DNA of 40,000 nucleotides from Agarivorans gilvus (GCF_001420915.1 NZ_CP013021.1:2428361-2468360), one strand, 5' to 3'. Positions 11,023 to 20,419 are shown, counted from the stretch's first letter. Translations and numbers: made by a program. Notes: a model not told the origin generated them from the letters alone.

Positions 11023-13298
11023 CTAAACACGAAAGCGTTTTGGATACATACTCTGATTTACTCGCTTCGCCGCATCAACCATCGGCTGATAAGGTACGTC
11101 GCTTATCGATACAAAGCCGATGTTGTAGTTTTCGCCATCGAAGGAACGCCCGGTGATCGGCGAGTCAATGTATTGAAAATAATGAGCGCCAACAAAATAA
11201 GGGTTGTCGACCACGGTTTGCATATAGCGCTCAAACATCTGGCCCCGCTCCTGCTGCGAGCAAGCCGTCACCAGCCCCGCATGGAAGAAGCCGGAATCCA
11301 ACGCACCAAAATGGAATTCGCCAATAATACTTGGCATATCAATATCAGCTAGGAAACTCCATGGTTCTGGGTGAAGCCCTTCTTTATAGTAGTTGTAGCT
11401 GACCACATCAACGTGCTTAGCAGCGGCTCTAACCACTTCTGGGTTCATTCCCCAATCAGCAAACCGGCAACCTAAGTACAGGTGATTAGGTAGCTGCTTC
11501 TTCAGCTCCTGCTTGACGACACGGAAGTATTCGCTGGCAAAAGCCTCTAGTAAAAGCGCATAATCTTCGACTTGGGCAGAATTATGAGTAAGACCTTTCA
11601 CTCCTTTAGCCAAATCGGCCCATGAAGCCAGATTGGTTTGCCAACTTTGGTTTAGTGCTTCAATCACCGTATATTTTGTCTTGAGCAACTCAACGAAAAC
11701 GGCCTTAGTCGGACAGGCATCCGCACTGCGTCCTAAAGTATGAATGGCAATACCGTAATGGCCATCAATGCTCCCCATACGGCCCCAACTTTTTTCGTTA
11801 TCAATGAAGATACCAACACACCACGGTGTATCTTTGATTTCATTTTTCACTTGGCTCACGGTAGCCGCGGCGCGCTGACGAAAGCGCGGGTCGAAAGGAT
11901 CAGGTAAGGCTGCCCAAAAGTCATCGCCACTACTAACCTGGTCAAACTCACCAATGATCCAGCCATTGGCAAAGAAGGGAATTCGTTGGTTGTCATAGAA
12001 CTCGGGCGCGGTCCAGTTACCTAGACAAGTGAAGCCCCAGTTCAACATACGGTCTACGGTAACATCACGCCATTTCGCCATGTAATCAGCGCCGTCCGCC
12101 CCATACTTACGCTGTAGGTTTGCTGCATAAAAGCTATAGGTTTCACCTTGCTCTACCGCGCCTTCGAATAACTCACGCATATAACCATAATGCTCGGCTA
12201 AGGGATCATTATAATCCGGTAACCACTGATACATGGCTCGGCGTACCTCGCTGGCCACCTTGGCGGTAGCTAAGGCTGCTCTGGGTACCGTGACTTTTTC
12301 TTTAGAATCCTCGGGGTGACATCATCATCATCACGCTGATTAACCAGCTTATGATCGTAATCTATACCGGTAATGGTCGAGGTGTTAGCCAGACGAATAA
12401 TATCTAATCCAGTCGCAAAATAAGGATACCCCTCAGGATCAACTAAGGACCATTTGCCAGCAATTTTCTCAGTTCTAAAATAGCCACTAGCTTGCTGACG
12501 AGGACCATCAAGATACCCACCAAATTTTGAACGTCCCAGCATAGGGCCTTTGGCCAACTCAGTGAGTTCAGCCTTGGTCACTTCAGCTAATTCCTGCTCA
12601 GAATGGATCTTCTGGGCGTGTTCTTGCTGGGCATTCTGCCCGAAACGGTCAATAATCCCGCTGAGATAATTAGGATCAACCGCGGGGCTAGACTGTAGCC
12701 GAAAGTTGCTTAATAACAGATGGTGATCCAGCAGACTCCCGTGAATGCTCAGCTCAATCTTACTAATTGCACTAAGGTCGATGTTCAATGCTCCCCACAT
12801 CCAAGTAGCGTACACATCCTTGGTCCCCCATGGACAGGGATTAGAGCGTAACCCGCTAGCATAATTACAGGCCCCTCCATGGAGCGTTTCACCTTTTAGT
12901 TCCACCATAAAACTTTGCTGTTTACCTGGTGCAATATTGATACAACGACTGTGCATTTGCCCTTGATGATCAAAGATATTGATGAACATTTGCGTGGAAT
13001 GTTCATCCAAAGCTCGTGCATCGAAAGCGAAACAAAAATTCCCTAAATCACTCCAGTCCCAGTTCTGCTGAGGCTCAATAAATACCGAGGTGTAAAAATG
13101 CTTCTTGCTTAAGGCTTTTATTTCAAGGCATTCAAATCGCAAGTTAGCCTCTACATTACTAAAGCTAAATTCTTCAGGAAGCGTCGATTGAGAAAAATCA
13201 AAGAGAGGGAGCGCTCCTTGCAAGGGCTGATTTGCTGGCTCCATTTGGCTAGTTGTCACAGTTTTACCTCTTCTTATAGAAGGCGCATTCTTTATCAC
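11023..13298 (-). pseudogene. GH50-family agarase paralogue, no signal peptide (cytoplasmic type), interrupted by a 1-nt frameshift near 12313-12316
   Basis: Track ORFs 12270-13298 and 11023-12258 are the N- and C-halves of one GH50-like protein. They are collinear with the 1-2689 and 34152-36979 paralogues. The frame changes in ...DDDDVTP|EDSKEKV... at a G4 run (C4 on the coding strand). One extra C restores VTPEDSKEKVTVPRAALATAKVASEVRRAMYQWLPDY. This may be a sequencing indel rather than a true pseudogene. Confidence 0.8.
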
Positions 13299-13370
13299 CT
13301 AAGTTCTATTACTTAGGTTGAAGCACCCTACCACCATGTTCCGATTCAATGTGTTGACCATAATAGCATT

Positions 13371-13384
13371 TTTGGTCAACCAAT
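13371..13384. promoter_or_regulatory. Candidate GntR/FadR operator box TTTGGTCAACCAAT
   Basis: 11/12 match to ATTGGTnnACCAAT. Lies in the divergent region between the GH50 paralogue (start 13298, -) and the MFS sugar porter (start 13494, +). Confidence 0.5.
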
Positions 13385-13493
13385 TTACGACAAAGCTCTC
13401 AATTCCATTATAAATACGAGGATAAAACAAACCAAAACCAATAGAATCAGGCAATTCAGCCAAACAAACTCATCAACCAAAAAGGGAGTTTTC

Positions 13494-15026
13494 ATGCCAT
13501 ACATCTATCGTTACGCCTTAATTGTATCCATTGGCGGTTTCCTATTTGGGTTTGATTCGGCGTTAATTTCAGGTTTAGTACCTTCAATTACTCAGGCTTT
13601 CAACCTCAATCAACTGCAGCTAGGTTTTGTTATCAGCGCACCAGCACTTGGCGCGGCACTCGCTTTGTGTTTTGTTGGAAAAATCGCCACCTATCGGGGG
13701 CGCAAAGGTGCCTTGGTATTGGTATCTAGGCTTTACTGTTTAGCCTTGATGATGGCGCTATTATCGCCGAACTATACCTTGCTGGTATTAGCTAGGTTAT
13801 TATGTGGAGTCGCTTTCTGCTCCCTTTCGCTTTCGTCTATGTATTTAGGGGAAGTATCTCCCTCAGCAATCCGTGGGAAGCTGGTTTCAATCAATCAATT
13901 AAGCTTGGTGGTGGGATTGTGTTTAGCGTATATCGTCAACTTTGCACTGATTAATACACTCAGCCACTATTTATTAGCACAACACCTCTGGCGAGGAATG
14001 CTAGCACTAGAGTTGATTCCAGCTCTTAGCTGGTTCATTTTGCTACGCAAAATCCCGGAGTCACCACGGTGGTTACTTAGTCAAGGGCTAGAGAATCAAG
14101 CAAAATTGTCTCTGCGCCAAGTGTTACCTAATACGGAATTCCTCAACACCTGGTCAAGCCTCAAAAGCAACAAAGAGACTAGCCCGACTTCCGCTATAAA
14201 AGCTCTTGGTAATCTGTTCAGTTGGAAGATGAGAAGGCTATTCATCATTGGTTTTTTCTTAGCGTTTATGCAAGCCGCAACCGGTATGAATGCAATTCTC
14301 GTCTATGCTCCTAGCGTTTTCTCTCAACTAGGTTTTACTGAAAATGCAGCACTCTTACAATCGGCATATATTGGCATAACCACCTTAATTTTCACTCTTT
14401 TTTCACTGTATTTAGTTGATCGTGTAGGGCGTCGCCCCTTATTGCTATGGGGTTTAGCATTTGCGGTGCTAAGCCATTTAACCAGCTGGTATGCTATTAG
14501 TACTGCTCCTCAACGCTTAAGCCATGAGTTTTTGGAAAGTTTAGAACAGCTCTTTGACCTATCACTTCCCCTCGTTGTCGACAGTGTGTATTCCTCTAAG
14601 TCTGCCTTAGAAATAGCACTAGCCGAGTATTTGTCAGGCCCACAACTAGCGCTAATTAGTCAACAGCAATGGCATTTAGCCCAGGAGCTTAATGCCAATT
14701 TGGTACTAGCTGGTTTGCTAGGCTTTATCGCCGCATACTCTCTTTCACTTGGCCCAATTATGTGGATTGTTTTCTCTGAAGTGTTTCCAAGCAGCATTCG
14801 TAGTATTGCAACGCCTTTTTTCGCCTTACTTGCCAGCTTGGGAAGCTATCTAAGCCAACTGCTGCTCCCTTGGCAACTTGCTGAATTGGGAGCCGCCAAC
14901 ACCTTCTTCATTTATGCAGCGAATGGATTTGTGGCTCTAATATTTATCGCCATAGTCTTACCAGAAACTAAAAATCAAGGCTTAGAAGACATCAGTAGGC
15001 TACTGGTAGCAAACGGTGATGCCTAA
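13494..15026 (+). CDS. MFS sugar-porter family transporter
   Basis: 510-aa ORF with multiple TM segments. Carries the sugar-porter signature PESPRWL (IPESPRWLLSQG) and VDRVGRRPLLL. Has an unusually long hydrophilic insertion around residues 335-400. Confidence 0.8.
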   Translation: MPYIYRYALIVSIGGFLFGFDSALISGLVPSITQAFNLNQLQLGFVISAPALGAALALCFVGKIATYRGRKGALVLVSRLYCLALMMALLSPNYTLLVLARLLCGVAFCSLSLSSMYLGEVSPSAIRGKLVSINQLSLVVGLCLAYIVNFALINTLSHYLLAQHLWRGMLALELIPALSWFILLRKIPESPRWLLSQGLENQAKLSLRQVLPNTEFLNTWSSLKSNKETSPTSAIKALGNLFSWKMRRLFIIGFFLAFMQAATGMNAILVYAPSVFSQLGFTENAALLQSAYIGITTLIFTLFSLYLVDRVGRRPLLLWGLAFAVLSHLTSWYAISTAPQRLSHEFLESLEQLFDLSLPLVVDSVYSSKSALEIALAEYLSGPQLALISQQQWHLAQELNANLVLAGLLGFIAAYSLSLGPIMWIVFSEVFPSSIRSIATPFFALLASLGSYLSQLLLPWQLAELGAANTFFIYAANGFVALIFIAIVLPETKNQGLEDISRLLVANGDA

Positions 15027-15436
15027 CTCCTACAACAACTCTAAAATTGTAATAATGGTGGCCAACTAAAAATAATCAGCCACGGCTCGAGCTGCTGCTT
15101 CTTTAAGTTGAAGAGCTCTACGACTGGTATTTTATTTCAAACGAAAAAGTGATTTTTCTATCAGAAGATTCTTGAAGAAGAAACTAATAACAACTAATAC
15201 ATTGTGTCACAACGCGGATTCGCTACGACAGAATCGCTTGGTGATCACAACACACGGACTTGGCCTCGAAACTCAGTTTTGGACAGAAATAAGTTAGATC
15301 ACTAACACTAGCGCAACCAATTGAGATTACGAAAAGTATGTCATACATCGAAACTACGTTAAGGACAGTTTTGGAGTAATGTATTATGTAGTAAGAAAGT
15401 CAAAACTGGCCGCAAACTCAATATCCATCGTTTGTA

Positions 15437-16063
15437 TCACCCTGCTACATCATAGAAAATCTCATCGGCTCGTCGGTCAAGCTCATTAGTGTGATTTGTT
15501 AGACCTCTCAACCTGTCATCCCAAGTTTCAATAGCCAACAAGATGATTTCTCGTGATGTTGCCTTGTCGATTACACTAGAAGGAGTTACAAACTGTTCAT
15601 TAACTGAATCAGTGTACAAAGATGCTTCTCTTAGCTCGACTAACCCACCAGCTTCCGCCATATCCAATAAGGCTCTAACTCGATCCTTACCAATAGCTTT
15701 AGGCAATCGAGAACCAATGGCGATAACTTCTTGAAGAGCAATGACGTGCTTTGCTCGATGATTGTAGAGCTTATCTTGTCGTTGCTTCTTTACCTCCTCT
15801 GGCTCTCCCATACTGCGAAACATTGCAACTTCAAGCTTGGCGATTTCCTCAATGGCAGATATCGCCAGAAAGACGGGCACATGGTAAATGCCTGACTTGT
15901 AGAGTTGATATGCACTTTCAAAGAGTGAAAGCACATGGTCACAGCCACTATTGAACTCTTCTATTACATTAGCTTTGTTGAAGATGTTTCGACCTTTGCC
16001 GATTGCCTCACCAACAACTATTGCCTTTCTAATTGCTATAGCTTTGTCTATGTCCACCAGCAC
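15437..16063 (-). CDS. AbiV-like abortive-infection protein (HEPN-like helical protein)
   Basis: 208-aa ORF with a GTG start. All-helical composition. Blocks AISAIEEIAKLEV and LYNHRAKH resemble my recollection of the AbiV family. Divergent from the RexAB-like pair. This is a recollection-level assignment only. Confidence 0.45.
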   Translation of the reverse strand: MLVDIDKAIAIRKAIVVGEAIGKGRNIFNKANVIEEFNSGCDHVLSLFESAYQLYKSGIYHVPVFLAISAIEEIAKLEVAMFRSMGEPEEVKKQRQDKLYNHRAKHVIALQEVIAIGSRLPKAIGKDRVRALLDMAEAGGLVELREASLYTDSVNEQFVTPSSVIDKATSREIILLAIETWDDRLRGLTNHTNELDRRADEIFYDVAG

Positions 16064-16204
16064 ACCCAGCCCATTATTGATAGTTTTCTAAGTATGAATT
16101 ACATTACTATTCTCTGGCCCAATTCATATTCAAGGTTAGAGAAATGTATACTATAAACTATTATGCAACATGTTATTAAGAAGTAATATCAAAAGGGACA
16201 GTTA

Positions 16205-17236
16205 ATGAAGCTACGCTATTTCGGCTATCACTTGCGTAAGTTTGACACTCAAAAGACGTTTCTATTCAACATCAAGTCAATCGTTGACGCATTCATTAGC
16301 TCTAACAATATGGAGCTAAAGAGCAGCTTTAAGCGTGGTGATGACAAACTATATTTGACCCACATTGCGGGACAAAAGAACGTCTATTACTTCGTCCGTA
16401 CCAGTGACGATGATCTAATCAAACGTATCAACGAGCAAAACCTAACGGTCAGTGACATCACAGATAAGCTATCTGCTAATGAAAAGGTCGCTTATGTATC
16501 GTATGTGTATTTGAATGACACAGACAACATCATGGCATGTGCAAGTAGCACTAGCTGTCCTCGATTTGATGATTTTGCGGATTACATCAACGAGTTGTTT
16601 AACAAGGTCGGTCTTAAAAACTATGACTTCTTCATTGATGCTCTGACATCAAACAGTAACAAAGCCGATTTGATGAATATGGAAATGGTCAACAGTGTGT
16701 ATGTCGATGTTGCAGCAGATAAAAGCCTTGGGAAGTTGATAGCTAAAGAACTGACGGGCAACCCAAATGCTTCACTAGGAAACTTCCGTATTACGATTGA
16801 GCCAACAGGATCGAATCTAAAGCAAACATTTGTTAATATGCTGGCCCGCTTAGCACCTACAGGTAAAGCAAAAAACACTCAAGGTGTCATTCGAATCGGT
16901 GCTAAAGCGAAGCACAACGAGCTAAAAGGACAGTTGAATGACTATTGGTTGGATAATGAGAACAACCTAACAGACAACCTAAACCCTAAAGCTAAGACGA
17001 AGTTACCAGATCAGATCACGGCAAAGCACGATGAGAACTCGTATCTGGACAACCTGTATAAAGCATACGTTAAGAACAAGAACCTGAAATCTGAAGCGGA
17101 TACATTACTGGCGACGTATGCAGACAAGACACAGTTTGCAAAGAAAGCCAAAAATCAAGTAACTCAAGCTGATGCTGAACCAGCAAATGACGAACCGACA
17201 ACTTTAGTACCACTAAACTCTGAAGCGACTAGCTAA
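16205..17236 (+). CDS. RexA-like protein (sensor half of a RexAB-type abortive-infection pair) with a long Lys/Asn-rich C-terminal extension
   Basis: The N-terminal 210 aa align by eye with lambda RexA as I recall it. Ours: YYFVRTSDDDLIKRINEQNLTVSDITDKLSANEKVAYVSYVYL; lambda: FLFTKTNDKSLVQKINRSKASVEDIKNSLADDESLGFPSFLFV. Ours: DLMNMEMVNSVYVDVAAD; lambda: DVMHMHFIGRTTVKVEAK. Ours: FRITIEP; lambda: LDIVIKP. Tightly linked to the next gene (one base between its stop and the next ATG). Confidence 0.6.
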   Translation: MKLRYFGYHLRKFDTQKTFLFNIKSIVDAFISSNNMELKSSFKRGDDKLYLTHIAGQKNVYYFVRTSDDDLIKRINEQNLTVSDITDKLSANEKVAYVSYVYLNDTDNIMACASSTSCPRFDDFADYINELFNKVGLKNYDFFIDALTSNSNKADLMNMEMVNSVYVDVAADKSLGKLIAKELTGNPNASLGNFRITIEPTGSNLKQTFVNMLARLAPTGKAKNTQGVIRIGAKAKHNELKGQLNDYWLDNENNLTDNLNPKAKTKLPDQITAKHDENSYLDNLYKAYVKNKNLKSEADTLLATYADKTQFAKKAKNQVTQADAEPANDEPTTLVPLNSEATS

Positions 17237-17237
17237 A

Positions 17238-17702
17238 ATGACCAGAACTGAGATTGCAAAACTAAAGAAAGTTATATGGTTCACGCCTCTACTTGGTGTG
17301 ATCTTTGGCTTTGCATATCTTGGCCTCAAAGCTCATTTTGATTGGGCTTTTGGCTTCACTGAAGTCCGTACACTATCAACAATAGTTGCAGGGTTCAGCT
17401 TCACGATGCAGGGTTTCCTAGCTGCTATCGCTGCATTTCTCTTTTCATTGCAGAAGTACCGATTCTTCAAGAGATGGGTGGAAGATGGTAACTCTGAAGT
17501 TTTCTTTACTCTCTTTAAAGTTGCATTCGTTTGTCTGTTCATCACCTTTGGGTTCAGCTTATTCGTGTTCACATCTCAAGGGCAAGGCTTTGCATTCAAA
17601 GCAATGATGATGTCTGTAACCAACAACATCATCCAGCTTTGCATAATAACCATTATCATCATGGACAAGGTGTTTAAAGCTCGTGAGAGTGACGTCACCT
17701 AA
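17238..17702 (+). CDS. RexB-like small 4-TM membrane protein
   Basis: 154 aa with four clear hydrophobic helices. Same size and topology as lambda RexB (144 aa, 4 TM). Its ATG lies one base after the stop of the RexA-like gene. Confidence 0.55.
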   Translation: MTRTEIAKLKKVIWFTPLLGVIFGFAYLGLKAHFDWAFGFTEVRTLSTIVAGFSFTMQGFLAAIAAFLFSLQKYRFFKRWVEDGNSEVFFTLFKVAFVCLFITFGFSLFVFTSQGQGFAFKAMMMSVTNNIIQLCIITIIIMDKVFKARESDVT

Positions 17703-17840
17703 TTCAACTCTATAATTAGAGTCGTGGAAGTGGGGGCAAGTCTTGCCTCTTGCCATTCATTACTTTTTGTATATCAAACCTAGCAAAGTATCCGAAATAG
17801 TGATTCGAGCCTAGGCTCACTTTGGGGCAGTTTTGATTTC

Positions 17841-17954
17841 ATTACGCAACGTGCGTTTCATAAGTTGCGTAATAACAGTGAAAGACGCTTTGAGGCAGAG
17901 GTGATTTACGAAACAACTTGTTTCGCAATTGTGCAAGAGGCGGTTGCATAATTG
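17841..17954 (+). repeat. Hairpin-module element, copy A (three stem-loops)
   Basis: Three stem-loops: ATTACGCAAC-N13-GTTGCGTAAT (17841-17873), CGAAACAA-c-TTGTTTCG (17909-17925), and CAATTGTGCAA-gaggcgg-TTGCATAATTG (17926-17954). Bases 17903-17957 align at about 70 percent with 23253-23307, with compensatory stem changes. Confidence 0.6.
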
Positions 17955-18238
17955 AAGTTTGGCATGCCAGCTATCAGTCAGTCTTATGGCAAAGAAAACC
18001 CCAGTTATACATTTGTGAATAAATTCATGTCAGTCGAGTTTGAGCTGATACTCCGTTGGACACTGTTCATTATTACTGCGTCACTTACATAAAAGCGTCG
18101 GCGGCGCTACATGTACTCTTATTCGACATATGCATATTTCAGTTTTAACTAAAATTTGAAATGCGGCACGTTTTATAACTTATTGTTATTCTATTATTTT
18201 GGTATCCAAACCACACAAAACCGTAGTAGGAGATATCA

Positions 18239-18367
18239 ATGGGCATAAAACCTGGGCCAAAGAGAAAAAATGAAGACGGAACACCCGATAAACGACAGCG
18301 TGTCCGTCCAGAAACAAAGAAAAAACACCCAAAACTAAAAGAGCATAACCACGAGAAAGGTGATTAA
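18239..18367 (+). CDS. Possible 42-aa highly basic peptide
   Basis: ATG preceded by GTAGGAGAT (a good RBS). Encodes MGIKPGPKRKNEDGTPDKRQRVRPETKKKHPKLKEHNHEKGD. Followed by the stem-loop GATAAAGCAGC-N8-GCTGCTTTATC at 18375-18404. Below the track length cut-off, and no homologue recognised. Confidence 0.3.
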   Translation: MGIKPGPKRKNEDGTPDKRQRVRPETKKKHPKLKEHNHEKGD

Positions 18368-18749
18368 ACTCTATGATAAAGCAGCCTACTTAAGCTGCTT
18401 TATCAATAGCTCCCACAGCCTAAGCAAATAATATTTGACGACTGTACTACCTCAATATTCTGAATAAGCCAGCCAACTTGTTTTTCTAGCACACCTTCTT
18501 AAAAATGTTCAACCATATGATTATTATGAAAATATCACATGCGCCTTCAACAAAATCGAGCAAAAGATCAGAAAATGAGACTTGTTAGATTGTCTAAGTG
18601 CATGGATGCCCACGCATAAGGAAAAGTAGGAAAAATACCAGAGTTGTGAATTGAGGCGTAAGCCTGTTGAAACACGTTTTGGGGCACAAACGTGCTAGTA
18701 CGCCTTAAGCGACAAACACAGGACAAAATTTCGTCCCGTATCATTACCT

Positions 18750-20012
18750 TTATTTGCAGCTAATAAGTGGAATATGTCGCCAATCCGTCGTGTATTGAGG
18801 CGTGAGCATATCCCTTCGCATATGCCACTTGGGGCTGATACCTTGTGAGCCTAGAAACATTGTGCCACTGCCGTAGCGTTGATTTAATGCATCAACAGCT
18901 TTCATTAGTTCTGGTCGGCCCGGCTTTGCCGTAAACATATCCAGTTGTTGATACTGTTCATCAATTAAATCTATAAGGCCCACGCCGACTTTGTAGTATT
19001 TGATACCTGGAATAAATAGTTGGGGTATTGCTTGTGAGACCAGCTGACTAATCACAATGGTATCGTTAGTTGCACAAGCGGGCCGCAGCAACTGCTTAAA
19101 GCCTCGACTGATACCATCATCAAACGGCGAGTTATGTGCAAATATTAAAATCGCACCGACTACGCTACCTTGCTCTCTTGCTTTTAAACATGCACAGCTC
19201 ACATGCAGTGAAAATGCTTGCATCAACGAGTGTAGCTCCAGTATTCGTTGGCCAGTGCTTCTCGTTGAGAAAATTTGCTGCTTATTCGCTCGCGCTTCAT
19301 CCCATGATTTTGCGGATACACCGTTAAGTTCGAGTATCGTTCTCTCCATCTCCACGCTGAAATGCTGCTTAGCAAGCTTCGGTGGCATATTCGCCAACTT
19401 GTATCCGGTTGTTATTCCCATGTCTTTGAGACGTATGCTTAACTTTCGGCCCACTCCCCACACATCGGACACACACATTTGAGATAAAATACGGTCTCTT
19501 TGTTCATTATGCTCAATCACACAAACCCCATTGAAACCAGGTAAACGTTTAGCAGCATGATTGGCGACCTTACACAGCGTCAGCGTTTTTCCAAACCCCA
19601 CACAAACGGGTAAACGCACTTCTTTCCAAACAGTTCGACGGATTTGCTTTCCCAGAACCTCAAGCGGGGGCAGAGCCTCACAGGCATTTGATACATCTAT
19701 GAAGGTTTCATCAATACTGTATACATGTTGTCTTGGAGCAAATGCGCCAATGATTTGCATCATATGCATCGATAAATCTGCATATAGCTCATAGTTTGAC
19801 GAGCATACAATGACACCTTTTTTTTCGCACAATGATTTAATCTGGAAAAAAGGTTTAAAGCGCTCGATACCAATAGCTTTAGCCAAACGATTTACAGCAA
19901 CCACACAACCGTCGTTGTTGCTCAGTACTATGATTGGTTTGTTGCGCCAATCAGGGCGAAACACCGCTTCCGCTGAACAATAAAAACTATTGGCATCAAC
20001 AAGCGCAAACAT
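18750..20012 (-). CDS. umuC: Translesion DNA polymerase V catalytic subunit UmuC (Y-family)
   Basis: 420 aa. The N-terminus MFALVDANSFYCSAEAVFRPDWRNKPIIVLSNNDGCVVA is the canonical UmuC/Y-family start. Its start codon overlaps the umuD stop (ATGA). Confidence 0.9.
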   Translation of the reverse strand: MFALVDANSFYCSAEAVFRPDWRNKPIIVLSNNDGCVVAVNRLAKAIGIERFKPFFQIKSLCEKKGVIVCSSNYELYADLSMHMMQIIGAFAPRQHVYSIDETFIDVSNACEALPPLEVLGKQIRRTVWKEVRLPVCVGFGKTLTLCKVANHAAKRLPGFNGVCVIEHNEQRDRILSQMCVSDVWGVGRKLSIRLKDMGITTGYKLANMPPKLAKQHFSVEMERTILELNGVSAKSWDEARANKQQIFSTRSTGQRILELHSLMQAFSLHVSCACLKAREQGSVVGAILIFAHNSPFDDGISRGFKQLLRPACATNDTIVISQLVSQAIPQLFIPGIKYYKVGVGLIDLIDEQYQQLDMFTAKPGRPELMKAVDALNQRYGSGTMFLGSQGISPKWHMRRDMLTPQYTTDWRHIPLISCK

Positions 20013-20419
20013 TAAAGCAGTTTCAGCAAACGAGACGGCCGGTGACAGCGTATAGAGCGGATAACGACGCCTTCTACAGTAAACCTATCACAACTACTGA
20101 CAGCTACTGGGCCATAGTGTTCATTGGCTGATAGGAGCATACGTCTTGATTTATCGATAATCTTACACACAAACTCGCCGTTGATATTTGCGACAATGAC
20201 ATCACCACTCTCTACATGGACGTGACGGTCAACAATCAATACATCCCCATCGTGTATACCGCTACCCAACATTGAGTCTCCGGACGCTAGACCGATAAAT
20301 GTGGCTGATGGATGCTCAATAAGTAAGTCATCTAAACTCAGTGGGAGTTGCGAATATTCAGTCGCGGGGGATTCAAAACCTGTAAGGCCAGCACTCGCTA
20401 GAATAGGGATTACTTTCAT
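20012..20419 (-). CDS. umuD: UmuD, S24 LexA-like self-cleaving peptidase subunit of Pol V
   Basis: 135 aa. Has an Ala-Gly cleavage-type site near the N-terminus (ASAGLTGF), Ser nucleophile context SGDSM, and a downstream Lys (FVCKII). Sits directly upstream of umuC. Confidence 0.9.
   Translation of the reverse strand: MKVIPILASAGLTGFESPATEYSQLPLSLDDLLIEHPSATFIGLASGDSMLGSGIHDGDVLIVDRHVHVESGDVIVANINGEFVCKIIDKSRRMLLSANEHYGPVAVSSCDRFTVEGVVIRSIRCHRPSRLLKLL

Noticed and set aside
10993-11352. 119-aa + strand ORF downstream of GH16
   Set aside because: Almost entirely antisense to the C-terminus of the GH50 paralogue (from 11023 to 12258). It starts inside the bidirectional terminator, and its sequence looks like antisense translation.
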